DNA of 64,000 nucleotides from Octopus vulgaris. Taxonomy: Eukaryota. A model generated the notes under the pieces. That model was not told where the DNA came from and made no database searches. It saw only the letters and a list, made by a program, of their open reading frames with translations. Positions 13,239 through 26,479 of the stretch are shown one piece after another; the first letter of the stretch is position 1; every line of letters begins with the position of its first letter. A program made the position numbers and the translations under genes. The stretch is taken from NCBI GenBank assembly GCA_951406725.2, contig OX597825.1:62744001-62808000 (forward strand), in the 5' to 3' direction.

Positions 13239-13683
13239 AGCATCTGCCCTAAACCATCTTCAAAAGTATTATTTTTCCTCTCAAGTATGATGTTATTGCT
13301 AATAAAATATAGAATGTGATCCTGAAGAAAATGTTGGCCAGAGGTAAATGTGAAAAATATCAGTTATATAAAATTCCTACAAACCTTTCAATGTAAAGAA
13401 TATTGGAGGAAATTTTCGATAGAACAAGTTCCAATCAATTCGGACTATAAAGCAAGCACAGTTAAGGTCAGTTTTGAAAAGTAGGAAGTCTGTTATTGAA
13501 ATCAGCTGCCCAGTAGATGTTTACATCTATTTCAAAGTGAGTTTAAAAGACAGGGCATTCACCAGAGGTAGAATCAGAACATACTGTTATGATAACCTAA
13601 TTACATATTCACATTTTTGCCTATAATTATTCGTGCACTTTGGCAACGTTGCCAAATGTTTATGAAGTAACCTTGAAAATTAG
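13047..13683 (+). pseudogene. Decayed RLE-clade (R4/NeSL-like) non-LTR retrotransposon C-terminus, with a CAG/CAA repeat expanded inside it
   Basis: With frameshifts: FEGYAFTI*DQ..ATKHLINK, ENIDH, CPKPSSK.YYF.PLKYDVIANKI, KEYW, VIEISCPVDV, PNYIFTFLPIII.ALGNVAKCL. These follow the zinc-knuckle plus restriction-like endonuclease motif order. Confidence 0.75.
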
Positions 13684-13908
13684 TGGTTTATGGGAAAAGA
13701 AGATGAATGGGCATTATGATAATCCCATCTGAAAACAGAATGAAAATCTTTAATGTTATTTCAACGTTAAGTAAATGAACATTTTAGTGCATAACTGTGA
13801 ATGAGCTAAAGCTTGCCTAATGCTTTCAAGCATTCTACAATATTAAAGCAGTATATATATAAGCATACATACATATATACACACACTCCACACATACATG
13901 CACATGTA

Positions 13909-13951
<43 letters not shown>

Positions 13952-14012
13952 GTATATATATATATACATATATATGCATATATATATATACATATATATA
14001 TGTTTATATGTA

Positions 14013-14249
14013 TAGGGTGAGTCAAAAGTTGTGCTCAATTCTTGTTTTAAGGCTGATATATATAACTTCTTATTTTGGAGTTACTTCTGACTCCTAATTC
14101 TTGTTTTACGAGTTTGGATACCAAAGATTATTAACAACATGATACATAATCCAGACTTAGTAGCTTCCAAAGCTGTCAGTAATAACCTGGCAAACAAAAA
14201 AGCAAGTCACGGCTTCCCAGAAACTGGGTGCTACTTTTGACTTAGCCTG
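14013..14249. mobile_element. Tc1/mariner-type MITE
   Basis: Imperfect TIRs tagggtgagtcaaaagttgtgctcaatt / aactgggtgctacttttgacttagcctg, flanked by TA. Confidence 0.75.
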
Positions 14250-14662
14250 TATATATGTATAAATCCTTTTTATACTGCATGGTTAAGGCTTGTACTAGAA
14301 TATAATCAATCCTCAGAATATAATTTTGTTTCAAAAGTGAAGTCAGTCATTGGAAATTCTTCTGCAAACTGGAATTTATGATAATGTACCATCATAATTA
14401 TGTTAAACATGGAATTCTGTGGATAATATTTAAAACTTCAGACACGGAACATATAAATGCTGGAAGTTATAATCTGTCAAACAGCCAAATAGCTTTTTCC
14501 ATGGGGCCACTAAACTTCCACAAGACATATAAGTTGTTAGCAGACCAATTTTTTATAACAGTATTTAGTATCGGTTTTAAGTTTTGGCAAAAGCTAGAAA
14601 TTTTGGCGGAGGGATAGGTCAATAAGATCCAGCCCAGTGCTCAACTGGTACTCAATTTACTG

Positions 14663-14964
14663 TGGAGGCACATGGGCTAGTGGTTAGAGCAGTAGACTCG
14701 CAGTTGAGGGATCATGGGTTCCAATCTCAGACCGGGCGATGTGTGTGTTTATGAGCGAAACACCTAAGATCCACGCGGCTCTGGCAGAAGGTAATTGCGA
14801 ACTTCTGTTGAGTCTTCCACCACAACATTCTCTCACTCTTTCCTCCTGCATCTTGCAGCTCACATGCGATGGACTGGCGTCCCATCCAGGTGGGGAACCT
14901 ATACACCAAGAAAACCGGGAAACCGGCCCTTATGAGCCAGGAATGGCTCAAGAAGGAAGTGAAA
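14663..14964 (+). mobile_element. Family E tRNA-SINE nested in a minus-strand family C copy (about 14570-15100)
   Basis: 13-bp TSD actcaatttactg (14650-14662, 14965-14977); tRNA-like head ctagtggttagagcagtagactcgc...ggttccaatctc. Confidence 0.88.
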
Positions 14965-15744
14965 ACTCAATTTACTGACCTTGAAAGGATGAAAAGCAAG
15001 GTTGAACTTGGAGGAATTCGTACTTAAAACATAAAGACAGACAAAATGCTACTTAACCTTTTTGCCAAGTGTGCTAACAATTCAGCCAGCTCACCACCTT
15101 TTGATGGTATTTAATATCAACAGGATGGAATATGTGATTTTGCAATATGGACATTTAAGAGCAAATTGCTAATATTTATGCAACTGATCAAAACGAGAGT
15201 AATACAGCAACAAAATTCTGTGGTGTGATGATACACTTTTGTTGTGCAAAAATGACGACATTTATTGAAATCTCTACTAAAAGCTAGAAAATTAAGTGCA
15301 AGAGTTGCGTATGGTGCTGAACGCTTTGTGAACTAGTATGTTTAATGTTAATGTATTGTGCGTAATAATTTCAGATAAGTTAGAAGGGAAAACACATAAA
15401 TGAAAATTATTCAATGTAAGAGATAACTCACAAGATGCTGTTAAAACTTGAATAGAAATTTGGAAAAACCTTTTGTTTATGTAATGGATGATATTAAACA
15501 ATGTAAAATTAAATGTATGACAACAGCGTAATCATATAAATATGATAAACAACAGCAGCAGGTTTATCTGAAAATTATGTAAATAGAATTAACAACATAA
15601 ATTGCATTAATATTAAATAATTAAATCCAAACTTATATAGAAGAGGTAGTTCATTATAAATTAAATGTTATTTTAGAATGGGCGTATGGCATTTCTAAAT
15701 TGGGAGTGAATTATGTGAAGTTCCATCCAATGTAAATGATGAGA

Positions 15745-15945
15745 ATTTCTGTAGAAAAAGGTTTGGAGAGAAAGATTACATAAACAAGTGGTGAAAGCTG
15801 ATCTCAAGAAACGGAATCTCAGAAAGGAAATGGAAAGGTGCAATATCAAAGTAGTGATACACTATGTAGGAGAAAACTCCATTTAGCCTCTGCAATCATG
15901 AAAAAGAAAATGAACATAAATTGGTAATGAGAAGGAAGATGATGT
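15745..15945 (+). pseudogene. Highly decayed RTE-like LINE 3' end
   Basis: QVVKADLKKRNLRKEMER, then a degenerate gcaatcatgaaaa...gatgatg tail resembling the family D tail. Confidence 0.4.
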
Positions 15946-16080
15946 ACAAGAGATATAGAAACAATAGCAAGGTGTCCAATATTTAGAATCATAGCTCAAG
16001 ATCCAATACTGTTGCTGTTCATTTGTCTTTAGTAGATGATGAGACAAAAATGTTGCAGGTATTAAAATTCATTTGACTGA

Positions 16081-16319
16081 TGGTGGTGAGCTGGCAGAAT
16101 CATTAGCATGCCGGGCGAAATGCGTAGCCATATTTTGTCTGCCGTTACGTTCTGGGTTCAAATTCCACTAAGGTCGACTTTGCCTTTTATCCTTTCGAGG
16201 TCGATTAAGTAAGTACCAGTTATGCACTGGGGTCGATGTAATCGACTTAATCTGGATGTTTGTCCTTGTTTGTCCCCTCTGTGTTTAGCCCCTTGTGGGT
16301 AGCAAAGAAATAGGTATTT
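16081..16319 (+). mobile_element. Family C SINE monomer
   Basis: Head plus one unit; a further partial unit lies at 17275-17425. Confidence 0.85.
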
Positions 16320-19300
16320 AAATTCATTTGATTTACTTGCTGCTTTTTTTTTCTGTTTCACACAGACAAAAACATTCATATGTATGATGGACTTCTGCAC
16401 TGTTTCTCTCTGCCAAATTCACTGAAAGGCATTTGCCAGCCTGAGGTTATAGTGGAAGATACATACCCAAGATGACTTTACTGTAACAGAACCTGGAAAT
16501 GCAAAGTTCTGAAGCAAATATTTTAACCACACAGTCATTCATGCATAACGTTTTGCTCTGACTGCCATTTAGATATTATGCTATCCTTCACGGTAGATTC
16601 TTATGTCTTGCATTAATGGGGCATCAGATACCTGCACCTCTATTATGTCATATTCTATCGAAGAGCAGGTGTGATATGAAGAACAATAGTTCTACACCGG
16701 AAATTACAAAATTTGCAATGCACATTGAAATCCACACTGTTCTCTCATTACCTGAAATGGTATTGGAACATTGATTCGTGCTGATCAAATTAGGAATGCA
16801 TAACTTGAAGCATATGAATGCAATAACAGTTAAAATAAGAGTGATGGTGATGGTGCCAATAACGATAATGGTACTTCATCAAATTTCAGGAACTACCAAT
16901 GTTGATATTAACATGAGACAGGATGATCCAATAAGTGGTGAAAATTTCATTAGAAGTGTTCATTCCACATGTTTCAGGGATATGGGGAGATAATGATTCC
17001 TATAAACTCAACTTATATTATTGTCATACAATATGTTATATATCACATATATTTTATTAATTGTTTTATCCTTTACAAAGCAACAGCTACACTTTGCTGT
17101 TAAAGGAATGAATACAAAGAGTTAGAAATTGTAAAACTTTACGTACATCCAATATGAAATTATTTACTGGACAAGACAGGAAGCAGCTTAGCATGGTTAT
17201 GAAGACAGTGAAGACATCATATCAACGCCAATCTGTCAACACACACTCACTCACACACACACAGTGCTATTAGTTAATCGAGGTCGACTTTGCCTTTCAT
17301 CCTTTCAGAGTCGATTAAGTAAGTACCAGTTATGCACTGGGGTCGATATAATCGACTTAATCCGTTTGTCTCTGCTTGTTTGTCTTCTCTGTGTTTAGCC
17401 CCTGGTGGGTAGTAAAGAAATAAGTTAATTAAATGAGCAAACATAAACAGTTTCTTGGCCCTCCTATTCTTAATCCAATAGAACATTCAGAATGGGACAA
17501 CTCAAAGGCAAGAGGGCTGCATAGGTATGTAAAATAAAGATCCTTGCTCAACATCACAAAGTGCTACACAGTCTAAGAATTTAAAATACTTGAGTTATCT
17601 AAATATCCTGCCATTTTCTTTCTCACTTTGAAAATAACCAGCACATGAAAGGAGTATGTGAGACATATAATTGTGCCATGAAGTGTCAGTTCCACAACCA
17701 TTTCATCTAAGTGTTTACATTGGTACAAGTAAGTCATAGTAATTGCCTTTTAGTACATCATATTCTATTGACTGCAATGGACAAGATGCAATATATACTA
17801 CAAAATGCAATATATCTTGGGTGCAACTTTCACAATACTTTAAAAATTCATAACTGAAACTGTGAGTCACTTTTCCCTGCAGCAGTACATAAATGCACTA
17901 AAAACATAATTTAATACATCTTTTTCATGGGTAATGTAGAATGTGGTCACTTACACACTTTGGAAACAGAATAACCAACTTTCTGAATTCTAGGGTTCAG
18001 GAAAAAACGTACTTTTCATGGTGCGAAAATCTCAACACTTTTCAAAGAAGCTAATAATTTTCACTAAGCTTCAAACATGCTTTGATGGACATGCTTCACA
18101 GAGAACTGCAAACAAGTGAAACCATTTGCATGAATGGGTAACACTTTGATTACAATCACTATGCACATGTCAAGACACGTCAACTCCACAAATCAAAAAA
18201 GAAACAGTTATCTACGAAACATAGTAATCCATACAACCCTTGATTGCAAGTCCATATTGATTATCCCCATAGTACCTGTTTTATTTAACTAAATGACACA
18301 GTTCACATTTAACTTGCATTTAATACAGCATTTTGCTTAAATAATAATCCTATTTTACCACTACAAAATATTAATAAACTTTTAACAATCATATACACGA
18401 ATTTCATATCAATTCATATTTGTTGAATTTATATTTCTAACACTAATTGGTGTTTTGGAGACATGGCATTTATATATTTATTTGCTTGGAGGTGAATTGA
18501 GGGATTATAATGTGGTTTCATTTCATCTGGAAAATTGATATAGTTTTGGAACTAAATGGTCTGCGAATGTGTTTGTTTATCTGTACAAACATTTGAAAAT
18601 GTATTGGACAGAAATGCACCCAGTATATACTCTAAAGAGGTTGACAAATGAGAAGAAAATGCAGAGTTATGAGCTCCCTTTATTCAACCTCTCTGGTATT
18701 GGTACCATGAAAAATGTACCTAATATACTCTGTAAAGTGGTTTGCAATAGGATGGATATCAAATTATAGAAACCAAGTTAAATGACAAATCCAATTATCA
18801 GTCTATAGAAGCAGCAAAACTTTAATTTTCTAGATTTTTAGTAATAAATATGTCTCTTTTCTTTTATTGAACTAATAATATCTACTAGTTACTGTTTAAT
18901 TATATTACTAAAATTCCCTTAAATTTATTAAAAAATGGTCTTATTAATTTATAATTTTGACTTTGCATTCCTATAACGTTACGTCAAGAATCTACAATTT
19001 AACAAAGACTTTCTTTCACCTGAGGCCGTTGCTTAAATTCTGCCTTACTTTCAAGAATTTTTTGCACTTATGCAGTCTTGTAAGTAATTTATTTATTAAG
19101 TTACAAAACAATTTGTCATGAAATTAGAATCTTCTCATTGTTAAATAAAATTTCATTAAACTATTTCTCTGTCATTTATGACTTTATACACACCTTCTTA
19201 TTTTCTCTTGTATATCACTATATATTCTCTGTGTTTTGCTGAATGATACATTAAGGAACTGTTTTATGAGTACTATCAGATTACTTGAATCCATATATTG

Positions 19301-19480
19301 TGACATATATATAGGAAATAAATCATGAGGATGTCAAAGTATTTATGCTTCAGGCTTTTAATTCACCTCACTTTCATTCACCCTTCTTCGAGCTATGCAG
19401 ATGGATATTACCAGACTGACTTTGTGCCTGAACTTGAGTACCTAATTCAACAGCATCTTAATTATTTCTTCGGTTCTTGA

Positions 19481-19716
19481 CAGAAGATTGAAGGCTCTGA
19501 ATGTCCCGTCCATGTTTTTTGTATCGTCTTCTAAATGTTTTACGTTCTTGTCCCAGTTTGTATTTTTCTACATATAATATATATAGCGGCATCCGTACCC
19601 TCGTTGGCCTTATGTAAGTACATATTCCTGTAAATTTGGTACGACTCTACACACTGCTGTCTCTCTCTCCTACATTTCTCTGCCTTTCACACTTTGCATT
19701 CTACTTTGATCTGTCC

Positions 19717-19764
<48 letters not shown>

Positions 19765-20426
19765 CTCCTTCTTTTCTCTTTTCTTGCCTCTGATTCTTTG
19801 GTCTACTCTTCCCCCACTCTCTCACATTTCTCTGTCTTTCTCACTTTGCACTCACAAGCCAATCCTTGGCACGCACTCTTTCTTCTCCCCTCTTTAATTC
19901 CTTCTTTCTCTCTCTTCTCCCCCCTTTGTTGCTTTCGTCCCTCTTTTTCTCTCTCTCTTTGTTTCCTTTGCCCCCTTTCTTTTCTCTCACTTCCCTCACG
20001 TGACTGCTAGTCAAATCAGCCTTCTGGCCTCCCACCACTGCCGTGAGAACATCGTTGTCTTCGTCTGCCAAAAAGGCATTTTTTCCAAATACACCAGCTA
20101 AACTTGTTCTGTTTATTAGTTGTAAGACACCCGCTGTTTTCGTCTTGTTTTTACCATTATTGTTTTTTGTATTTTATATTCGTGTGTCATCGTCCGTTTT
20201 TCTGTCCCTGTTTCGTATACATTCGATCCTTCTTCCAAGAAATCTAATGCTCGTAGCTTAGGTTTTCCTTGGAGCTGGCCGGATCGGAGCGATTTCAAGA
20301 TTAATCAGCCAAAATTGCTACGATGATCTGGTTCTTGACTGAAGATTGAAGGCTTTGAATGTCCCGTCCGTGTCTTTTGTATCGTCTTCTAAATGTTTTA
20401 CGTTCTTGTCCCAGTTTGTATTTTTC

Positions 20427-20432
<6 letters not shown>
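19481..20432 (+). mobile_element. TA-embedded element with an approximately 100-bp terminal direct repeat (Penelope pseudo-LTR-like) and a pyrimidine-rich interior
   Basis: ggttcttgac.gaagattgaaggct.tgaatgtcccgtcc...tttttctacatataatat occurs at about 19472-19580 and 20330-20438; each copy runs into (TA)n. Confidence 0.6.
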
Positions 20433-20476
<44 letters not shown>

Positions 20477-20964
20477 GCATATATATTAATAATAATAATA
20501 TGACAATGAAAGAAGGAAAGAGACCGCGACATTATGTAAAATAGAGGAATTTGTTTATAAACCAACTAATTGTCGCATATCATATATATAAATATACACA
20601 TATACACACACAGACACATATATGAATATACATACATACATGCATATATATATATATATATATATATAATCATATATCAGTTGAATAAAGTTAAAACATG
20701 GTCTGGTTTATATTACATATAGTGTAATATATTATACATATATATATGTTTCAAAATTTGGCATGACCACCACTTTCAAGAGGAAGGAGTTAGTTAATCA
20801 CATTGACCACAATACTTCATTTTATTGAGCCCCAGAAGGATGAAAGGTGAAATCAACCTTGGCAGTATTTGAATTTGGAATGTACAAAACGATGAGAAAT
20901 GCCACTAAGAATTTTGGGTAGTATGGTAATGATCTTGCTGGCTCACCACTTAAATCACTACATA

Positions 20965-21450
20965 CATTGCCAGTGCCTCCTGACTGGCTCCTCTGCCGGT
21001 GGCACATAAAAAGCAGCATTCAAGTGTGGTTGTTGCCAGTGCCGTTTGACTGGCTCCTCTACCAGTGGCACATAAAAAGTAGCATTCAAGTGTGGTTGTT
21101 GCCAGTGCTGCCTGACTGGTTCCTGTGCCAGTGACTCATAAAAAAAACCTATTTGAGTGTGGTCATTGCTAGTGCCACCTGACTGGCTCCTGTGCCGGTG
21201 GCACATAAAAACCACCATTCAAGCATGGTCGATGCCAGTACTGACTGACTGGCCCTCATGCCGGTGGCACATAAAAAACACCCACTACAACCTTGGAATG
21301 GTTGTCATTAGGAAGGGCATCCAGCTGTAGAAACGTTGCCAGATCAGATTGGAGCCTGGTACAGACTTCTGCAAGTCTTCAGTGAATCCATCTAACCCAT
21401 GCCAACATGGGAAGCAGACGTTAAATAACGATGATGATGATGATGACGAT
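20965..21450 (+). mobile_element. Family D repeat with about 5 tandem 62-bp units
   Basis: Unit tgccagtgc..ctgactggctcct.tgcc.gtggcacataaaaa.ca.cattcaagtgtgg repeated, then the family D tail and (GAT)n. Confidence 0.88.
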
Positions 21451-22212
21451 ACATGTCAAGACTCACATTTCATAGCAAATTTCATTTAAATCACACTATT
21501 AATAACATACATTGCACAATTGAATTTTTTTCTGCTGAGTGAGATCCCCTTTATGCATTTATAATTAAACAAAACTAATTATTTACAGTGCTGCTTAGAC
21601 ATTAATATTGTTTAAACAGCTACAATTATAAATTTAATATTAATTTTTGTTAATTTTAAAGCAATTCTAGGAAATCAAAATCTCATGTATTTATTTTTAT
21701 GCACAGTGTAACATGCCAAATGTGGAAATGAATGCTTCTAAATCTATTGTCTAAACCTATTACATTGAAGACATCGACATATGCGATTAATATGATACAT
21801 ACACACACAAATATATATATTGTATATGTATATATATATGTGTGTGTGTGTATGTGTATGTATGAGTAATACTTGATTTGCTTTTAATCGTACAGAAATC
21901 GAAAATAATTGTGATATAAAATGATGTGTGTGTGTGTGTGCATGTGTATGCCTGTTACACAGACAGGCAAGCTCAATCATAACTGTCTTAAAATTCTATT
22001 ACTCATTATTGAGTAATAGGAAATATATTTCCTCTTTCACTCATGCAATGCTGTCAAGTCCCATGCATACACACACATTCTCTCTCTCTCTCTCTCTCTC
22101 TCTCCCTCTCTCTCGCACACCCACACACATACTATTGAAAGATACTAGTCATATTAAAGAACAAGATGATCATTGCCTCTTTTCAACAACTCTGACATGA
22201 AGCAACATATTA

Positions 22213-22213
22213 C

Positions 22214-22265
<52 letters not shown>

Positions 22266-22266
22266 G

Positions 22267-22365
<99 letters not shown>

Positions 22366-22443
22366 GTTTATCTATCTATCTATCTATCTATCCATCTATC
22401 TATCCATCTATCCATCTAACTATCTATCTATCTATCTATCTAC

Positions 22444-22476
<33 letters not shown>

Positions 22477-22596
22477 CATCTATCTATCCATCAATCTATT
22501 TAGTTATCTGTCTGTCTATCTATCTTTATAAGTGTGTGTGTATATATATATGCATGTATGTATATATATATATATGTGTGTGTATGTATGTATATG

Positions 22597-22628
<32 letters not shown>

Positions 22629-22662
22629 TGTATGTATGTATGTATGTATGTATGTATTTATG

Positions 22663-22715
<53 letters not shown>

Positions 22716-22723
22716 GTCTATCA

Positions 22724-22814
<91 letters not shown>

Positions 22815-22865
22815 CATCTATCTATCCATCTATCCATCTAACTATCTATCTATCTATCTATCTAC

Positions 22866-22898
<33 letters not shown>

Positions 22899-23090
22899 AT
22901 CTATCTATCCATCAATCTATTTAGTTATCTGTCTGTCTATCTATCTTTATAAGTGTGTGTGTATATATATATGCATGTATGTATATATATATATATGTGT
23001 GTGTATGTATGTATATGTATATGTATGTATGTATGTATGTATGTATCTATCTATCTATCTTTCTATCTATCTAACTATATACATATATAT
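22213..23090. repeat. Compound (TATC)n/(TATG)n microsatellite duplicated with a period of about 421 bp
   Basis: Anchor ccatcaatctatttagttatctgtctgtctatctatctttataagtgtg occurs twice (tttataagtgtg at about 22525 and 22946). Confidence 0.92.
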
Positions 23091-23421
23091 TTAAACATAT
23101 ACCTATACATACACAAACACATATATCAGGAGGAAGGTCTTACTATGTCTTCAAGACAGTGTATTGTTGTGTTTGTTTTGGAGCAATAGGTTATGGTCGT
23201 TGACATTTTAGGAAACGTTCTACTTAATAAATGAGGTTTTAAATATTAGAAATAACTTTATCTACCCCCCCACCATCGCCTCACCAAACCCCTACCCGAC
23301 AGTAACTATGCTCTTGTGAAACTTATTATGGGAATTTAACAGGTTTTACGCTTTGTAAAGCTGTAGAATTATCATAGTTCTGTCATAAAATGTAATGGAA
23401 ACTATGGCAACTGTTATTGTT

Positions 23422-23960
23422 TCTTCTTCTTCTTCTTCTTCTCCTTCTTCTTCTTCCTTCTTCTCTACGTCCTCCTCCTCCTCCTCCTACTCCTTTTCTT
23501 CTTTTTTTTTTTCTTCTTTTTTCTGCTTCTTCTTCTACTTTTCCTTCTTCTTCTTCTTCTTCTTCTTCTTCTTCTTCTTCTTCTTCTTTTCCTCCTCCTC
23601 CTCCTCCTTCTTCTTCTTCTTCTTCTTCTTCTCCTCCTCCTTCTTGTTCCTTCTCCTCTACTTCCTCTTCTTCTTTTTCTTCTTCTTCTTGTTCCTTCTC
23701 CTCTACCTCCATCTCCTCTCCTTTTCTTCTTCTTCCTCCTTATCTTCTTTTCACTTTCTCCTCTTTTCACTTTCTCCTCTTCTTCCTTCTTTAACTCTCT
23801 CTTTCAGCTTCTCTTCATCACTCCCCACCACTTTTTCTCCTCCACTACAAACCCACTCATCCCTACTCCACCATGCTCTCCACCACCTTCCCATCTTACA
23901 CTCTCCCATCTTCCTTCCTCTCCTCTTCTCTTCTCCCCTCCTTCTTCCCTATCCCCTTTT
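23422..23960. repeat. (TTC)n/(TCC)n polypyrimidine low-complexity tract
   Basis: Seen directly. Confidence 0.95.
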
Positions 23961-24192
23961 TACATTGACGTAGCTGCAACAAAGATGCATTTCACTCTGC
24001 TTCACCAGGAACCTCTGTCCCCACCCCATTAGCTTAAGGATTCAAAAACCTCTTATTTTCCCACCAATTTGCCTCATATTTACACATTTACAAATATATC
24101 TGATACTCAAATTTCTTTACATTAACACCTCATAACAATATGAGATAAAAAAATCTATTGAGCAATTTTCAATCACTTCTTCAATCACTATA

Positions 24193-25131
24193 TATATAAT
24201 ATAATATAATATAATATAATATAATATAATATAATTTAATATAATATAATATAATATAATATAATATAATATAATATAATATAATATAATATAATTTAAT
24301 ATAATATAATATAATATAATATAATATAATATAATATAATATAATATAATATAATTTAATATAATATAATATAATATAATATAATATAATATAATATAAT
24401 ATAATATAATATAATATAATTTAATATAATATAATATAATATAATATAATATAATATAATATAATATAATATAATATAATATAATATAATATAATTTAAT
24501 ATAATATAATATAATATAATATAATATAATATAATATAATATAATATAATTTAATTTAATTTAATTTAATTTAATTTAATTTAATATAATATAATATAAT
24601 ATAATATAATATGATATGATATGATATAATATAATATAATATAATATTATATAATATGATATAATATAATATAATATAATATAATATAATATAATATAAT
24701 ATGATATAATATGATATAATATGATATAATATGATATAATATGATATAATATAATATAAAATAATATAATATAATATAATTTAATATAATTTAATATAAT
24801 ATAATATAATATAATTTAATATAATATAATATAATTTAATATAATATAATATAATATAATATAATTTAATATAATATAATATGATTTAATATAATATAAT
24901 ATAATATGATATAATATAATATAATATAATATAATATAATATAATATAATTTAATATAATATAATGTAATATAATATAATATAATATAATTTAATATAAT
25001 GCAATATTATATAATATAATATTATGTAATATAATATAATATGATATGATATAATATAATATAATATAATATAATATAATATAATATAATATAATATAAT
25101 ATAATATAATATAATATAATATAATATAATA
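24193..25131. repeat. About 940-bp (ATAAT)n pentanucleotide array with TTAAT and ATGAT variants
   Basis: Seen directly. Confidence 0.98.
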
Positions 25132-25222
25132 TGTCCATATGGACGCTTAAAGTGGTTTTAGAGTCAGATCATGGCTGCTATTTTCAGCATGGTGGTATCT
25201 CATAGATACCCTAATTTATTAT

Positions 25223-25258
<36 letters not shown>

Positions 25259-25260
<2 letters not shown>

Positions 25261-25552
25261 CAAAGTGGAGTTGTAAGGTACTGCACGAGTGGAATTATAT
25301 ATGAAAGAAGGTTTAAAAATGCAATTTTAAAAGATGTTTATTTACTTTACCGATTTCACTTTTTTAGAAAAAGATTGTCAAAAGTAACATGTAAAAGCTT
25401 GTTTGTGTTAGGGACTGGTTGTCACAAAATACTTCATGTATTTTTGTGACAACCAGTACCTAACACAACCAAGCTTTTACATGTTACTTTTGACAATCTT
25501 TTTCTAAAAAGTAAAACCAGTAAATTGCATTTTCAAACCTTCTTGCATATAT
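25259..25552. mobile_element. TA-embedded fold-back element with degenerate hammerhead-like motifs in both arms
   Basis: Inverted arms 25297-25432 and 25438-25552 around loop ttcat; minus strand at 25345-25384 reads cttt-tgacaat-ctttttctaaaaaag-tGAAAtcggta-aag followed by aataaa. Confidence 0.7.
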
Positions 25553-26049
25553 ATATTATTACTTCTACTTCGTTTTTCTTCTTCTTCACCTTCTTCTTCT
25601 TTTCCTCCTCTTTCTCCTTTCACCCTTTTTTCACCTCCTTTTTCCCATTGTCTTCTTTGCCAATAATACCAACGTAGTCAAGTGATCTACATCCTCCAGG
25701 TTAGGACTTTAACTTGCATCTATCTTTGATTAGTTCTAAGAGCCTGTGTATTGGAGAAGAATTGAGATGCCCCTTAACTGATACATCTCATATATATATT
25801 CTGACCCAAAGCTGTAGTACCTACAAGTATTGCAGAGTAAACTGAAGTGGATCTTGATGCAACATAAAATGCTGGACAAAGTACAGACACAAATATGTTT
25901 TAACAAGCTTTATTTCCAACCACATGGTTCATGGTTCAGCATCACTGCATGGCACTTTGGGTGAATGTCTTCTATTAGAGCTTTTGGCCAATCAAAACCT
26001 TATGAGTGGATCTGACAAATAGAAACTGAAAGAAGCCTGTCATATTCCT

Positions 26050-26435
26050 TAGTGGCTGACAATATGTGCATCTCTAATCACAAGCAGAAGTATTTGAGGA
26101 GCTTCATAGACATGTGTTGGGAGCAATTTTAGGGGGTTTAGATAATTCACCTTTGGAAAGATAGGTGTTTTGTTCATCATCCTTAAACAACCCTTACTCA
26201 GGAACCTTTTGAGCAGGATGGACTACTCAACCAGAAGAAAATTCTAGCTGGGCCCCACCTGCAAGGTCATGTGCTGTTTATCTTGATATGAGATCACCAT
26301 GTTGCTCACATATGGTTGTTATGCATGTGCCTGGTGTACCCTTATCAGATGTGTAGTCATAATGGGTATATTTTACCCCAGTGTCACTTTGATGGTATGC
26401 ACTGCTTTCTCACTCAATAATGATAATAATCATAA
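26050..26435 (+). mobile_element. Unclassified interspersed repeat (family F) ending in (TAA)n
   Basis: Diverged second copy at about 61945-62040 (cttagtg.ct.acaatatgtgc.tctct.atca..agcag); 3' end cactcaataatgataataat. Confidence 0.55.
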
Positions 26436-26479
26436 ATAATAATTTTATATAATATTGAATAATATCAAATAATAATAAT

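Noticed and set aside
13189-13242. Polyglutamine coding exon
   Set aside because: It lies within a decayed LINE fragment with flanking stops.
17954-18106. Possible minus-strand exon (ttgtttgcag acceptor, gtaagt donor)
   Set aside because: All three frames contain stops; a non-coding exon cannot be supported without RNA data.
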